The translations under genes were made by a program, and so were the position numbers. From positions 5,254 through 69,253 of the forward strand of contig CBFIGU010000001.1 in NCBI GenBank assembly GCA_965662165.1: a stretch of DNA of 64,000 nucleotides. Direction: 5' to 3'. Source of the DNA: Psychroflexus sp. (lineage in GTDB: Bacteria; Bacteroidota; Bacteroidia; Flavobacteriales; Flavobacteriaceae). Below, in pieces: positions 18,369 through 28,473 of this stretch. The notes beneath the pieces are model-generated. The model was not told the DNA's origin. It made no database searches and saw only the letters and a list, made by a program, of their open reading frames with translations. Each line of letters starts with the position of its first letter. The first letter of the stretch is position 1.

Positions 18369-21077
18369 TTGCGAACAAATATACTTTATATACTTTATAT
18401 ATTTGGCTTGTTTTTTACTCAATTTGCTTTTTCGCAAGAAGTAGAAAAGCTTGATTTATACAAATTAAACCAAAAAGATACTGCAACTATAGTTGATAAA
18501 AACCTACAGCCCGCTTATAGGTTGGTTCAAGATAGTATTGTAAACGATTCCATTGCAAAAAAAAAGAGCCCTATTAGCGACATCGTTAAATCTTACGCTG
18601 AAGATTACAAACACATAGCTAGGAGAGAAAATAAAATGTATTTGTACAACAAAGCAAAAATTGAGTACGGAGACATGATTATTAATGCTGGGGAAATTAT
18701 TTTAGATAACGAAAAGAATGAAGTTACCGCTCGAGGAATTGAAGATTCTACCGGTTACAATCAGCTACCTGTATTTAAGCAAGGAGCTGAAGAAGTAAAC
18801 CCAGACTCGCTACGATATAATTTTAACACCGGTAAAGCAATAGTTTATAATTCTAGAACTCAACAAGGTGGCTTTACCGTGCGTGGACCGGTTTCTAAAC
18901 GTGAAAATGATTCTGTTTTTTTTATTAAAAACGCGAAATTCACAACAGATGAAGATTTAGACAATGCGGACTATTACTTTAAAGCCAATCGAATAAAATT
19001 TGTACCCAACAAGAAAATTGTCACGGGATTAGTGCAAATGTACATAGTAGATGTACCTACTCCACTAGCTTTGCCTTTTGGTTATTTCCCAATGGTAGAC
19101 AAAGCTACATCTGGTTTTGTGTTACCATCATTTGGAGACAATAGGCAACGTGGTTTTTTCTTAATGAATGGAGGTTATTATTTTGCAATTAACGATTATG
19201 TAGACCTTACCGTTTTAGGTGACTATTACTCTAATGGAAGTTGGGCAACCCGAATCGATTCTGATTATAATTTGCGATACAAGTTTAATGGTACGGTAAG
19301 TTTTCGATATGAAAACCTTTTACTTGAAGAACGTGGATTCCCTGATTTTTCTGAACAAATAATTTATAATTTTAGATGGAATCATCAACAAGATGCTAAA
19401 GCAAGTCCCAACAGCCGGTTTTCTGCTTCAGTTAACTTAGGAAGTAGTCGTTTCTTTAGAGAGTCTATTAATCAGGCCAATCAGGGTAACTTTCTTAATA
19501 ACACTATGAATTCTTCTATTTCATTCAACAAAACCATTAATGCCGGTCCAGGAATGAATTTGAATTTAACGGCAACACATAGTCAAAATACCAATACGCA
19601 AGCCGTAAATATGACTTTACCCACTTTACAATTTAGTATAAATCGGGTCTATCCGTTTGAGCCCAAAACAGGAGCTAAAAAAGGAATTATTCATAATATT
19701 AATTTACAATACAATTTACGGGGCGAAAATAGGATTAGAACTACAGACGAACGTTTCTTAACCGGAGATATGTTTAACGATTTAAACGCTGGGATGAGAC
19801 ATAGCATTCCTATAAACACTAACTTTAAAATAATGGATTATTTTAGTGTGAGTTTAAATGCCAACTACGATGAGACTTGGGTAATGCAAACCTATGAACA
19901 GCGATTTGACGAGCAAACACAAGAAATTGTTACCGATACTGTTCAGGGATTTGACTCTTATAGAACCTACAATTTTTCAACTAGCATTGGAACCACAGTC
20001 TATGGTCAATTTCCATTCGGAGAAAATTCAAAAATTAATGCTGTTCGGCATGTAATGAGACCAAGCATAAGTTATAATATAAATCCAGCTTTCGATCAGT
20101 TTTATGATCAATTTACACGACCAGGCTTGGGTGCAACCGAAGATCAGTTAATTGAATATTCTCGATTTGAAGGTACATTATTTGGAGCACCAGGAAATCG
20201 TTTTTCAAGTAGTGTAAACTTCTCATTAGCCAATGATTTTGAAGCAAAAGTACGTAATGACGATTCCACGGCAACAGGAGACGATCGCTTTAAAAAAATA
20301 AAATTACTGAATAATTTCGCTTTAAGCTCAAGCTATAATTTTGCAGCAGATTCTTTAAATATTTCGCAAGTTGCGGTTCGTGGAAATGTTCCCATTGTCA
20401 CCGATAAGTTTAACGTAAATATTATTGCCGCATTAGATCCTTATGCATTAGATAACAATAACCGAAGAATTAACGAATTCAATATTAATAACGGCGGAAG
20501 CCTTTTTAGGCTAACCAACGCCAACGTTAGTTTTAGCTATTCGCTCTCAGACAAAACCTTTGCTAAAGAAGAAGACGAAGAGGAAGAAGAAGAACCTGAT
20601 CCTTTAAATGATGACACATTTAGCAGTGGCGGAAGACCAGATGATTTATTTGGAAACGGACAAATGATGAATGGTGCCAGACGCAATAGAAATCAAAATG
20701 ATGATGAAGCTAAGGAAGATGAAAATGAATATTATAATTATAAAATTCCTTGGAATTTAAACTTGTCTTACACCATGACCTACGGAAATCAAGTTCGACA
20801 AAATGAAATTACTTCACACTCCATCATGTTTTCGGGAGATATTGAACTATCGCCTCAATGGAAAGTTGGAGTTTCATCGGGATATGATTTAGCAAATCGT
20901 GGTTTTACCTTTACCCAACTTCGTTTTAATCGTGATTTAGGAAGTTGGAATATGAGTTTAAACTGGACCCCTATTGGGCCTAGAGAATCTTGGTTTTTCT
21001 TTATTGGAATTAAAGCGAACATGTTACAAGATTTAAAATTTGACAGAAATAGAGAACCTAACAGAAGACTAAACTAA
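18369..21077 (+). CDS. lptD: putative LPS assembly protein LptD (Bacteroidota type)
   Basis: TTG start, signal peptide ending AFS-Q, OstA-like N-domain, TPLALPFGYFP...SGFVLP...GGYYFAINDY, beta-barrel, RDLGSWNMSLNW. Confidence 0.88.
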   Translation: MRTNILYILYIFGLFFTQFAFSQEVEKLDLYKLNQKDTATIVDKNLQPAYRLVQDSIVNDSIAKKKSPISDIVKSYAEDYKHIARRENKMYLYNKAKIEYGDMIINAGEIILDNEKNEVTARGIEDSTGYNQLPVFKQGAEEVNPDSLRYNFNTGKAIVYNSRTQQGGFTVRGPVSKRENDSVFFIKNAKFTTDEDLDNADYYFKANRIKFVPNKKIVTGLVQMYIVDVPTPLALPFGYFPMVDKATSGFVLPSFGDNRQRGFFLMNGGYYFAINDYVDLTVLGDYYSNGSWATRIDSDYNLRYKFNGTVSFRYENLLLEERGFPDFSEQIIYNFRWNHQQDAKASPNSRFSASVNLGSSRFFRESINQANQGNFLNNTMNSSISFNKTINAGPGMNLNLTATHSQNTNTQAVNMTLPTLQFSINRVYPFEPKTGAKKGIIHNINLQYNLRGENRIRTTDERFLTGDMFNDLNAGMRHSIPINTNFKIMDYFSVSLNANYDETWVMQTYEQRFDEQTQEIVTDTVQGFDSYRTYNFSTSIGTTVYGQFPFGENSKINAVRHVMRPSISYNINPAFDQFYDQFTRPGLGATEDQLIEYSRFEGTLFGAPGNRFSSSVNFSLANDFEAKVRNDDSTATGDDRFKKIKLLNNFALSSSYNFAADSLNISQVAVRGNVPIVTDKFNVNIIAALDPYALDNNNRRINEFNINNGGSLFRLTNANVSFSYSLSDKTFAKEEDEEEEEEPDPLNDDTFSSGGRPDDLFGNGQMMNGARRNRNQNDDEAKEDENEYYNYKIPWNLNLSYTMTYGNQVRQNEITSHSIMFSGDIELSPQWKVGVSSGYDLANRGFTFTQLRFNRDLGSWNMSLNWTPIGPRESWFFFIGIKANMLQDLKFDRNREPNRRLN

Positions 21078-21078
21078 T

Positions 21079-21462
21079 ATGAAAAAAGAAATCATCACTA
21101 AAAATGCACCAGAACCAATCGGGCCTTACAATCAAGCTATTGTAGCCAATAATATGCTTTATACTTCTGGTCAAATTGCAATAAACCTAGAAACAGGTAA
21201 GTTAATTGATGCCGATATAGAAGAAGAAACCAAATTGGTTATGCAACATCTTTCTGCTATATTAAAAGCCGCAAATACTGATTTTTCTAAGGTAATTAAA
21301 ACCAGTATTTTTATTAAAAACATGAATGACTTCGCTAAAATTAATGCAGTATATAGTTCTTATTTTGAAAATACTATTGCTCCAGCTAGAGAAACTGTAG
21401 AAGTTGCACGTTTACCAAAAGATGCCCATGTAGAAATTAGTTTGATTGCTACTATAAATTAG
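21079..21462 (+). CDS. ridA: RidA/YjgF reactive intermediate deaminase
   Basis: APEPIGPYNQA, YTSGQIA, PARETVEVARLPK...VEI. Confidence 0.93.
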   Translation: MKKEIITKNAPEPIGPYNQAIVANNMLYTSGQIAINLETGKLIDADIEEETKLVMQHLSAILKAANTDFSKVIKTSIFIKNMNDFAKINAVYSSYFENTIAPARETVEVARLPKDAHVEISLIATIN

Positions 21463-21466
21463 ACTT

Positions 21467-23197
21467 ATGCAACTTGAACTGTTAGATTGGTCACTAATTA
21501 TAGGTTTCTTTGCAATTAGCTTAATTATTGGAATAATAGCTGCTAAGCAAAGCGGTAAAAACAGTGAAAATTTCTTTCTTTCAGGACGAAATATGCCTTG
21601 GTGGCTGCTCGGTATTTCTATGGTGGCCACAACATTTGCAGCAGATACTCCAGGTCTAGTTGCTGGAATTGTTCGTGAAGATGGTGTTGCAGGAAACTGG
21701 ATTTGGTGGTCGTTTTTACTTACAGGAATGTTAACCGTATTTTTTTATGCTAAACTCTGGCGAAAGACTAACATAACTACTGATTTAGAATTTTATGAAA
21801 TGCGATATTCTGGGAAAAGCGCTGCATTTCTTAGAGGCTTTAGAGCCATTTACTTAGGTGTTATTTTCAACGTTATTATCATGGCTACGGTTTGTCTTGC
21901 TGCCATAAAAATAGGACATGTTATTTTTAATTTTTCAGCACTTCAGTCACTATTAATTGCATGTAGTGTAACTTTAGTTTATTCCACTTTAGGTGGTTTA
22001 AAGGGAGTTTTGCTTACTGATTTTATACAATTTATTATTGCTATGACGGGAAGTGTTTGGGCAACTGTTTATTTAGTTAACTTACCTGAAATAAACGGAA
22101 TTGAAAATTTAATTTCACAAGAAAGTGTAAGCTCTAAAACTGCTTTTTTTCCTGATTTTAGCAATCCAGAAGTATTTATTCCTTTACTAGTTATTCCATT
22201 AGCGGTGCAATGGTGGAGCGTTTGGTACCCTGGCGCTGAGCCTGGCGGTGGCGGATATATTGTACAACGAATGCTTGCTGCAAAAAATCAAAATCATGCC
22301 ACTAAAGCCACTTTGTTTTTTACCATTTTTCATTATGCAGTTCGACCTTGGCCGTGGATTATCATGGGGTTAGCTTCCATTGTTTTGTTTCCTAACTTAG
22401 CTAGTTTAGCAGAAGCTTTTCCACATTTAGACCCGAGTTTTGTGAAAAATGACTTGGCATACGCAGCCATGTTAAAATACTTACAACCTGGTTTACTAGG
22501 TTTAGTGGTTACTTCGTTAATTGCTGCATTTATGAGTACGATTTCTACCCATTTAAATTGGGGAAGTAGCTATGTAGTAAATGATTTTTACAAACGTTTT
22601 ATTTCGCCAAAAGCAAGTGCTAAAAAACAAGTTTTAATCGGAAGACTGAGTACCGTTTTAATGATGCTTGCTGCTGCCCTATTGGCTTTAGTATTAGAAG
22701 AAGCAAAAAAAGCATTCGACTTATTACTACAAATTGGAGCAGGAACCGGATTACTATTTATTATGCGTTGGTATTGGAAACGCATAAATCCTTATAGTGA
22801 AATTACAGCTATGCTTATTTCATTTGTAATTGCTCTTCTGTTTTTCTTAGATGATACATACGCTTGGGGTGTTTTTGACTTGAAAGCTTATGAGAAATTA
22901 ATTATTGGTGTTGTAGTTACCACGCTTAGTTGGGTAAGCGTAAGTCTTCTCACTTCACCATCAAAACCAGAAAAATTAGAAGCTTTTAATCAACTGGTTT
23001 TTGGGAATGCTTCAAAATTTGAAAATTTTGGAACTAAATTCTTATGTTTTTTAGCCGGAGTTATAGGAGTTTACTGCATTTTATTTGCAACTGGATTCTT
23101 TATTTATAAAGATTATTCACTCGGAATTGTTTGTTGTATTTTAGCCATTGCAAGTTTGTTTTACATCAAAGTAAAATGGAAAATTGTTGTTCAGTAA
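21467..23197 (+). CDS. sodium:solute symporter family transporter
   Basis: FFLSGRNMPWWLLGISMVATTFAADTP, GGLKGVLLTDFIQF, YIVQRMLAA, AAFMSTISTHLN; many TM segments. Confidence 0.92.
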   Translation: MQLELLDWSLIIGFFAISLIIGIIAAKQSGKNSENFFLSGRNMPWWLLGISMVATTFAADTPGLVAGIVREDGVAGNWIWWSFLLTGMLTVFFYAKLWRKTNITTDLEFYEMRYSGKSAAFLRGFRAIYLGVIFNVIIMATVCLAAIKIGHVIFNFSALQSLLIACSVTLVYSTLGGLKGVLLTDFIQFIIAMTGSVWATVYLVNLPEINGIENLISQESVSSKTAFFPDFSNPEVFIPLLVIPLAVQWWSVWYPGAEPGGGGYIVQRMLAAKNQNHATKATLFFTIFHYAVRPWPWIIMGLASIVLFPNLASLAEAFPHLDPSFVKNDLAYAAMLKYLQPGLLGLVVTSLIAAFMSTISTHLNWGSSYVVNDFYKRFISPKASAKKQVLIGRLSTVLMMLAAALLALVLEEAKKAFDLLLQIGAGTGLLFIMRWYWKRINPYSEITAMLISFVIALLFFLDDTYAWGVFDLKAYEKLIIGVVVTTLSWVSVSLLTSPSKPEKLEAFNQLVFGNASKFENFGTKFLCFLAGVIGVYCILFATGFFIYKDYSLGIVCCILAIASLFYIKVKWKIVVQ

Positions 23198-23203
23198 AAT
23201 TTA

Positions 23204-25168
23204 CTAATTCATTTTCATTTTAGTCACAATAAACTCACTTCTTCGGTTTTGTTGGTGTTCTTCTTCAGTGCAATCTACATTGTCTTTGCATCTATTTACT
23301 AGTTGAGATTCGCCGTATCCTTTAGCACTTATTCGCTTAGATTCAATACCTTTACTAATAATCCAATTTCTGGTGGCTTGTGCTCTACTTTGTGAAAGTT
23401 TTTTATTGTAAGATTTGCTCGCTCTACTATCGGTATGTGAGCCTATTTCAATAGAAATATCAGGATAACGTTTAAGGATACTCACAATTTTTTCTAGTTC
23501 TAAAGCGGCATCTGGACGAATATTAGATTGATCTAAATCGAAATAAATTTTTTCAATTTCAATAATTTTTCCAATATCTTTTCCAACTGAAATTTCTTGC
23601 ATTCGCTTACGCAAAGGAACTATCAAAGTGTCTTTTTTTAAAAATATGGATTTTGAAATTCGCTCTTCTTTTACTTCATATTCTTCTTTAAAAAAACGAA
23701 TAAATACATGAGAAATATCTTTATTTTGAAGTATTTCTAGCATTCCATTTTCGTCAGTTTTAAAGGTGTCTGTCTTTTCATAAAGGGAATTGAAAACTTC
23801 CGCCTGTACATTTTTCAACTCAGTCATAGTTTGCTCATCAACTACTTTAATCTTTTTAAAAAGTAAGTCATCAAAGTTGGGAAAAAATCGTTGTTTTATT
23901 CTGTAAATATTATCTTGTTTGTACTTGCCCACATTTCGATTAGATGCAAAAAAACCGGTTAAAGTAGAATCGATAATTAAACTAAAATCATCATACTTTG
24001 AATTTACACCTGAACCGAGATTAATTACTTTTTGATATGAATTATCTTTTTGTAATTCAGCTGCAAATACATCTAAACCTCCTAAGCCAAAATGCATATT
24101 AGATGAAAAATACAAAATAGAATTGTAAGCAATAAATGGATAAGTTTCTTTACCAGAAGTATTTACAGGTTCACCTAAGTTTTCTGGATTTCCGAAAGTA
24201 TTATCATCATTAATTTTTACCCGCCATATATCTGAATTACCAAAGCCGCCAGGGCGATCTGATGCAAAATAAAGATAATTTTCTTCAGGACTTAAAGCAG
24301 GATGAGCTGTATTAAATTCATTTCCATTGAAAGCTAACTCTTCTATATTAGTCCAATCTTCATCTTGTAAAGTTGCTCGGTAGATTTTCAATTTTTGTTC
24401 TCCAGATGTACTAAAATTTAATTTTTTATCTAAAAAGCTATTTCTTGTAAAATACATGGTTTTACCATCTTTACTAAAGCAAGTTGAAGATTCGTGATAT
24501 TTATTGGTATTGAGTTTTTCAGCAAAAAGTTTAGGTTTACGCAACTCTTTTGTTCTGGGATCCATTTTAGCCACGTATAATTTTGTAAATGGCGAAGCAT
24601 TCCATTGGTGTCGGATTTTAGTAAAATTTCCTGTATCTCTAGCAGAAGTAAAGACAATTTGATCTAGATAATAACTAGGAGCGTAATCCATTTCTTGAGA
24701 ATTTACCGCTACAATTCCAATATCGTAATCATCTTTCTTCGCTTCAATTTTATTTAGGTATGTTTCAATTTCATCCTTTTCTGAAAGGTATTTTGGAAAT
24801 TTGTTTTTAAAATCGATTAAGAGTTGATTTGCTTCATCATAGCGATTAACTGACTTTAAGCTATGCATGTATCTAAAATAATATTCAGGTTCATCAACTT
24901 CATATCGTCTAAATAACAACTTGTATTTTGGATAAGCGCTTCTGTATTTTCCTTGAAAATAATATGCATCTGCAGTTCTTTTCAAAATTTGCTCACTAAT
25001 TACATTGTTTTGAATTAATCTTTCATAAAAAGAAAGAAGGTCTACATATTTTTTAGCTTTCTGATGTTGCTCCGATTTTTTTTCATACCAAGTTTGTGCT
25101 TCAACCCATTGAAATGAAACTAAGCTTGTAAAAACGAATAGCAATATGGATAAGTTTATTTTTTGCAT
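23204..25168 (-). CDS. PorE-like OmpA family protein (TPR, PD40 propeller, OmpA_C)
   Basis: ADAYYFQGKY TPR; PD40 repeats (HPALSPEENYLYFASDRPGGFG.SDIW, FSSNMHFGLGGLDVF); OmpA_C IYFDLDQS...HTDSRAS..YN..LSQSRA...NRRSEF. Confidence 0.88.
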   Translation of the reverse strand: MQKINLSILLFVFTSLVSFQWVEAQTWYEKKSEQHQKAKKYVDLLSFYERLIQNNVISEQILKRTADAYYFQGKYRSAYPKYKLLFRRYEVDEPEYYFRYMHSLKSVNRYDEANQLLIDFKNKFPKYLSEKDEIETYLNKIEAKKDDYDIGIVAVNSQEMDYAPSYYLDQIVFTSARDTGNFTKIRHQWNASPFTKLYVAKMDPRTKELRKPKLFAEKLNTNKYHESSTCFSKDGKTMYFTRNSFLDKKLNFSTSGEQKLKIYRATLQDEDWTNIEELAFNGNEFNTAHPALSPEENYLYFASDRPGGFGNSDIWRVKINDDNTFGNPENLGEPVNTSGKETYPFIAYNSILYFSSNMHFGLGGLDVFAAELQKDNSYQKVINLGSGVNSKYDDFSLIIDSTLTGFFASNRNVGKYKQDNIYRIKQRFFPNFDDLLFKKIKVVDEQTMTELKNVQAEVFNSLYEKTDTFKTDENGMLEILQNKDISHVFIRFFKEEYEVKEERISKSIFLKKDTLIVPLRKRMQEISVGKDIGKIIEIEKIYFDLDQSNIRPDAALELEKIVSILKRYPDISIEIGSHTDSRASKSYNKKLSQSRAQATRNWIISKGIESKRISAKGYGESQLVNRCKDNVDCTEEEHQQNRRSEFIVTKMKMN

Positions 25169-25170
25169 AG

Positions 25171-26100
25171 CTAAAAGAATCTAGGTGAAACAAGGTTTCC
25201 TTTGCGATTAAATAATTCAAACCGAAGAAAAACTTCATGAGAACCTGAATGATATTCTTGCAAGTCGGTTGTTTCTCTATCGTAAGCATAGCCAATAAAA
25301 ATTCGTTGACTAAGCTGAAATCCAGTTAAAAAACTAATGGAAGCATTCCACCGCCATGCTGCCCCTAAAGTAAATTTTTCATGAAATAGAAAATTGGTAC
25401 TTAAATCTAATTGAAGCGGCGCCCCATCTTGTATTTTTAAAAAAGTAGCAGGTTTAAATTTAATGAATGGAAAAATATCAAAAACATAACCGCCATATAA
25501 ATAGGCCGTTGGCCGATATACAGAAACTGCTGTAAAAGAATCGCTATCTAAATTGTCTCGGCTCAATATAGCTGGTATTGAAAAACCAATAAATGTTTTT
25601 TGAGAATGTAAAAACACCCCAGCTCCAATATTGGGATTAAATTCACTTTCAAAATTAGACAGCAAAGGATCATTAGCTTGTTGCGGATTTAATCGAGAAT
25701 TATTTAAATTGAATAAATTAGCATTTAACCTTAAACCAAATGAAAGTCTAAATCTAGCATTTAACTGTATCCAATAAGAAAAGTCTGTACTAATGTTATT
25801 TTGATTTACAGGTCCAAAACGCTCTGACAAGATGCTTACACCTAATCCAAATTTAGAATTTCTAAATGGGGTGTGCGCTGAAAACAAATTGGTTTGCGGG
25901 GCATCATCGAAACCTACCCATTGAGAACGATGTAAAGCAAATAAACTCAAAGCGCCTCGATTACCAGCAAATGCAGGATTTATACTCAAATTATTGTACA
26001 TGTACTGAGAAAATTGCGCTTCTTGCTGCGCTTTTACTTGAGTTGTAAAGCAAAAGCAGCAAGAAAAGAAGGTCACAAAAATATAATTTTGTATTCGCAT
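25171..26100 (-). CDS. T9SS PorP/SprF family membrane protein
   Basis: AQQEAQFSQYMYNNLSINPAFAG, HRSQWVGFDDAPQT, IGYAYD, GSHEVFLRFEL. Confidence 0.93.
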   Translation of the reverse strand: MRIQNYIFVTFFSCCFCFTTQVKAQQEAQFSQYMYNNLSINPAFAGNRGALSLFALHRSQWVGFDDAPQTNLFSAHTPFRNSKFGLGVSILSERFGPVNQNNISTDFSYWIQLNARFRLSFGLRLNANLFNLNNSRLNPQQANDPLLSNFESEFNPNIGAGVFLHSQKTFIGFSIPAILSRDNLDSDSFTAVSVYRPTAYLYGGYVFDIFPFIKFKPATFLKIQDGAPLQLDLSTNFLFHEKFTLGAAWRWNASISFLTGFQLSQRIFIGYAYDRETTDLQEYHSGSHEVFLRFELFNRKGNLVSPRFF

Positions 26101-28049
26101 TAATTTTCTCTTTTTATAAACAGTGTTCCTTTTTTTGAAATTCTTTCTTCTTGTTTTACATATTGTATTACGTAAAAATAAACTCCAGAAGGTAGTCCTT
26201 CTTCTTTATTATATGTAGCTCTGGCTGAAGAATTTCCTTTAAAAACAATTTCATTATTATCATAAGATTTTGCACTAAATACTTCTACCCCCCAACGATT
26301 AAAAATTTTGACTGTATTTTCTGGGTAACATTCAATTCCTTCAATAATAAATACATCGTTAATTTGATCTGCATTCGGTGTGATGGTATTAAATACTTCT
26401 ACTTCGCATGGTGGGACAATCACTTCTGTAGGATTGTTTTCTGTAAAAATTTCATTGTCAGACAAATCGATTACTTCTTCATTTAAAAGTGTATAACCTA
26501 TAGCAGTTGCTTGATTTACAATCTTCCCTAAACCAAAATCTGACAATTGTACATTATATGCTGCAGAAAAATTACTTTCATTCTCTTCATCTACCAAAAG
26601 TGTAATGGGGTCTCCAAAAAGTCGCAGGCTAGGCAAATCATCTTCAACAATTACGGAAAACAAATCTACATTTCCAGTATTTTTAATTTTAAAATTATAA
26701 TTAATTAAACTTCCTAACCTTAAGGTTTCTTCTGTAGTAGAAGCTTCTTTAATTAAAGATATCTCAGGATTTTGTGGTAATAAAACCACATTACATTCAG
26801 CACAATCCATATTGTAAAAAGGATGGTCTTCTTCTAGAACATTGGCATTCTCTGAAGCTAGTGAAAAGTTTAAATTAGAAAAAGTATAATCAATTTGAGC
26901 TGTATTGTACAAAGCTCCGCGATTAATATCGTCTTGTGTTAAAAAATAAGGAATTTCGAAAGTAAAACTTTCATTTGGCGTTAGGACCAAATCATCTAGT
27001 CCATCAATTTCTACATCTTCAAAAAAATTATCCGTAAACATAAAATTACTCACATCTACAACGCCAATATTAGTAATTTCAAAAGTATACTTTACTTCAT
27101 CGCCTACTTGCGCTTCACCTTCATCGCCTAAATAAGTTCCTTGTTTGGTAAAGCTAATTTCTGGATCGGCTAACGGAGCGCGAATTGGATTAAAAAATAC
27201 ACCAGAATCGTAAATTGGGTCAGCTGTGTCTGCTAAAGCTATTTTTATTTGATAAGTTTCACCAGGAATTAAATTTAAAATTGAAGATTCGACCAAGGTA
27301 GTAATGCCATTAAATTCAACTTCTACTGGAAATGGACCGGGTTGATTAGTGGGATTTTGTTCTCCTGTATTTAAGTGACCATTATTGATATAAAGATTAC
27401 TTTGACTTAAATCTACCTCTACTCCATCATCATTAAAAAAGCCTAAAACCCCACCATTTACATAATTTACAGCAGTAGGATTATCTGTAGTTGGGATTTT
27501 TGCTAAGTTAAGAACTCCATCTATTCCAGGACCTTCTACAAAAATTGCAAACACATCATTGTAAACACTGCCTACAAAATCTGGGTATTCTTCCGATCCA
27601 AATTGATATGAAAAGATAAGTCCATCTCTGGTATTGCCTAAAGTTAAATCGAATTGAAAGAGAACTACATCAAAAACGGCACTTTCTTCTAAAGCTTGTA
27701 AATCTGAATCTTCATAAACTAGTTGATTATTATTACTTGAACTACGATTAGCGTTAGTTTGGGTGAGCTCTGTATTCACATTGCCTGTAGAAAAGTAAAT
27801 ACCATTATCTATTTGCAAATTACCATTGGCTATCCCATCTTGAAAAAGAGCAACTTGTGTAGTCGTGTCGCCAGACAAAAACACCGGGTTAGAAAGCTGA
27901 ACATTTTCACCTGCAAAAGCATTGATAAGATCGTTTAAGCTTGGGTTGGATGTAAAATTTACCTGAGCTAACAAAGTTGAAGAACTAATGCAGAAAAAAA
28001 ACAACCAATAATATTTAATGTAGTGAGGTATTCTCATAGTATTAAGCAT
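26100..28049 (-). CDS. T9SS type-B CTD surface protein with choice-of-anchor L and two DUF11/DUF7507-like repeats
   Basis: FGSEEYPDFVGSVYNDVF...ADTADPIYDSGVF; two repeats TK...GD..Y.F.I.N.G.V; CTD FNTITPNADQINDVF.I.G...IFNRWG...GVYFYVI. Confidence 0.88.
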   Translation of the reverse strand: MLNTMRIPHYIKYYWLFFFCISSSTLLAQVNFTSNPSLNDLINAFAGENVQLSNPVFLSGDTTTQVALFQDGIANGNLQIDNGIYFSTGNVNTELTQTNANRSSSNNNQLVYEDSDLQALEESAVFDVVLFQFDLTLGNTRDGLIFSYQFGSEEYPDFVGSVYNDVFAIFVEGPGIDGVLNLAKIPTTDNPTAVNYVNGGVLGFFNDDGVEVDLSQSNLYINNGHLNTGEQNPTNQPGPFPVEVEFNGITTLVESSILNLIPGETYQIKIALADTADPIYDSGVFFNPIRAPLADPEISFTKQGTYLGDEGEAQVGDEVKYTFEITNIGVVDVSNFMFTDNFFEDVEIDGLDDLVLTPNESFTFEIPYFLTQDDINRGALYNTAQIDYTFSNLNFSLASENANVLEEDHPFYNMDCAECNVVLLPQNPEISLIKEASTTEETLRLGSLINYNFKIKNTGNVDLFSVIVEDDLPSLRLFGDPITLLVDEENESNFSAAYNVQLSDFGLGKIVNQATAIGYTLLNEEVIDLSDNEIFTENNPTEVIVPPCEVEVFNTITPNADQINDVFIIEGIECYPENTVKIFNRWGVEVFSAKSYDNNEIVFKGNSSARATYNKEEGLPSGVYFYVIQYVKQEERISKKGTLFIKREN

Positions 28050-28238
28050 AGCTTATTATGATGCTTAAATATACACAAATTTGAAAAACAGCCGACTATA
28101 GAGCCATCTATTCTTGTAAACTTAAATCATGAGAAAGAATCAACACTCCGTTTTTTTATCTAATCTAATTTTTAAGTTTAAAATGAAAGGAAAAAGGATT
28201 AGATTTTAGAATTTAAATACTAATGATGTTCAGAAATA

Positions 28239-28267
28239 AAAAAACCACTTTAAAGAAGTGGTTTTTT
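28239..28267. terminator. intrinsic terminator directly after tRNA-Gly
   Basis: AAAAAACCACTT-TAAAG-AAGTGGTTTTTT hairpin with A/T tails. Confidence 0.8.
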
Positions 28268-28268
28268 G

Positions 28269-28341
28269 AGCGGGAGACCGGGTTCGAACCGGCGACATTC
28301 AGCTTGGAAGGCTGACGCTCTACCAACTGAGCTACTCCCGC
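28269..28341 (-). tRNA. tRNA-Gly(TCC), CCA not encoded
   Basis: GCGGGAG TA GCTC AGTTGGTA GAGC G TCAGC CTTCCAA GCTGA ATGTC GCCGG TTCGAAC CCGGT CTCCCGC T: full cloverleaf, anticodon TCC, discriminator U73. Confidence 0.97.
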
Positions 28342-28350
28342 ATTATTACG

Positions 28351-28380
28351 CAAATATAATTTTTTTAAAACAAAGAGCAA
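28351..28380 (-). promoter_or_regulatory. canonical Flavobacteria promoter for tRNA-Gly
   Basis: TTG (28380-28378), 19-nt spacer, TATATTTG (28358-28351), 9 nt before the tRNA. Confidence 0.8.
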
Positions 28381-28473
28381 CTAAAAGTTTTTGTTAATTA
28401 TAAAGTGAAGTAATCTTAAAAACGCTAATAAAATGTAACTTTACGGCTTATAATTCCAAATAAAAAACAGAAA

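Noticed and set aside
20565-20730. Acidic low-complexity tract in LptD (EEDEEEEEEPD...)
   Set aside because: In frame and consistent with a variable surface loop; not a DNA repeat or phase-variation tract.
28129-28209. 26-aa ORF between the T9SS gene and the tRNA terminator
   Set aside because: No motif or promoter support; expected by chance in AT-rich DNA.
23204-28341. T9SS triad as an island integrated at tRNA-Gly
   Set aside because: No integrase, no duplicated tRNA 3' end seen near 23200, the terminator directly follows the tRNA, and no obvious compositional shift.
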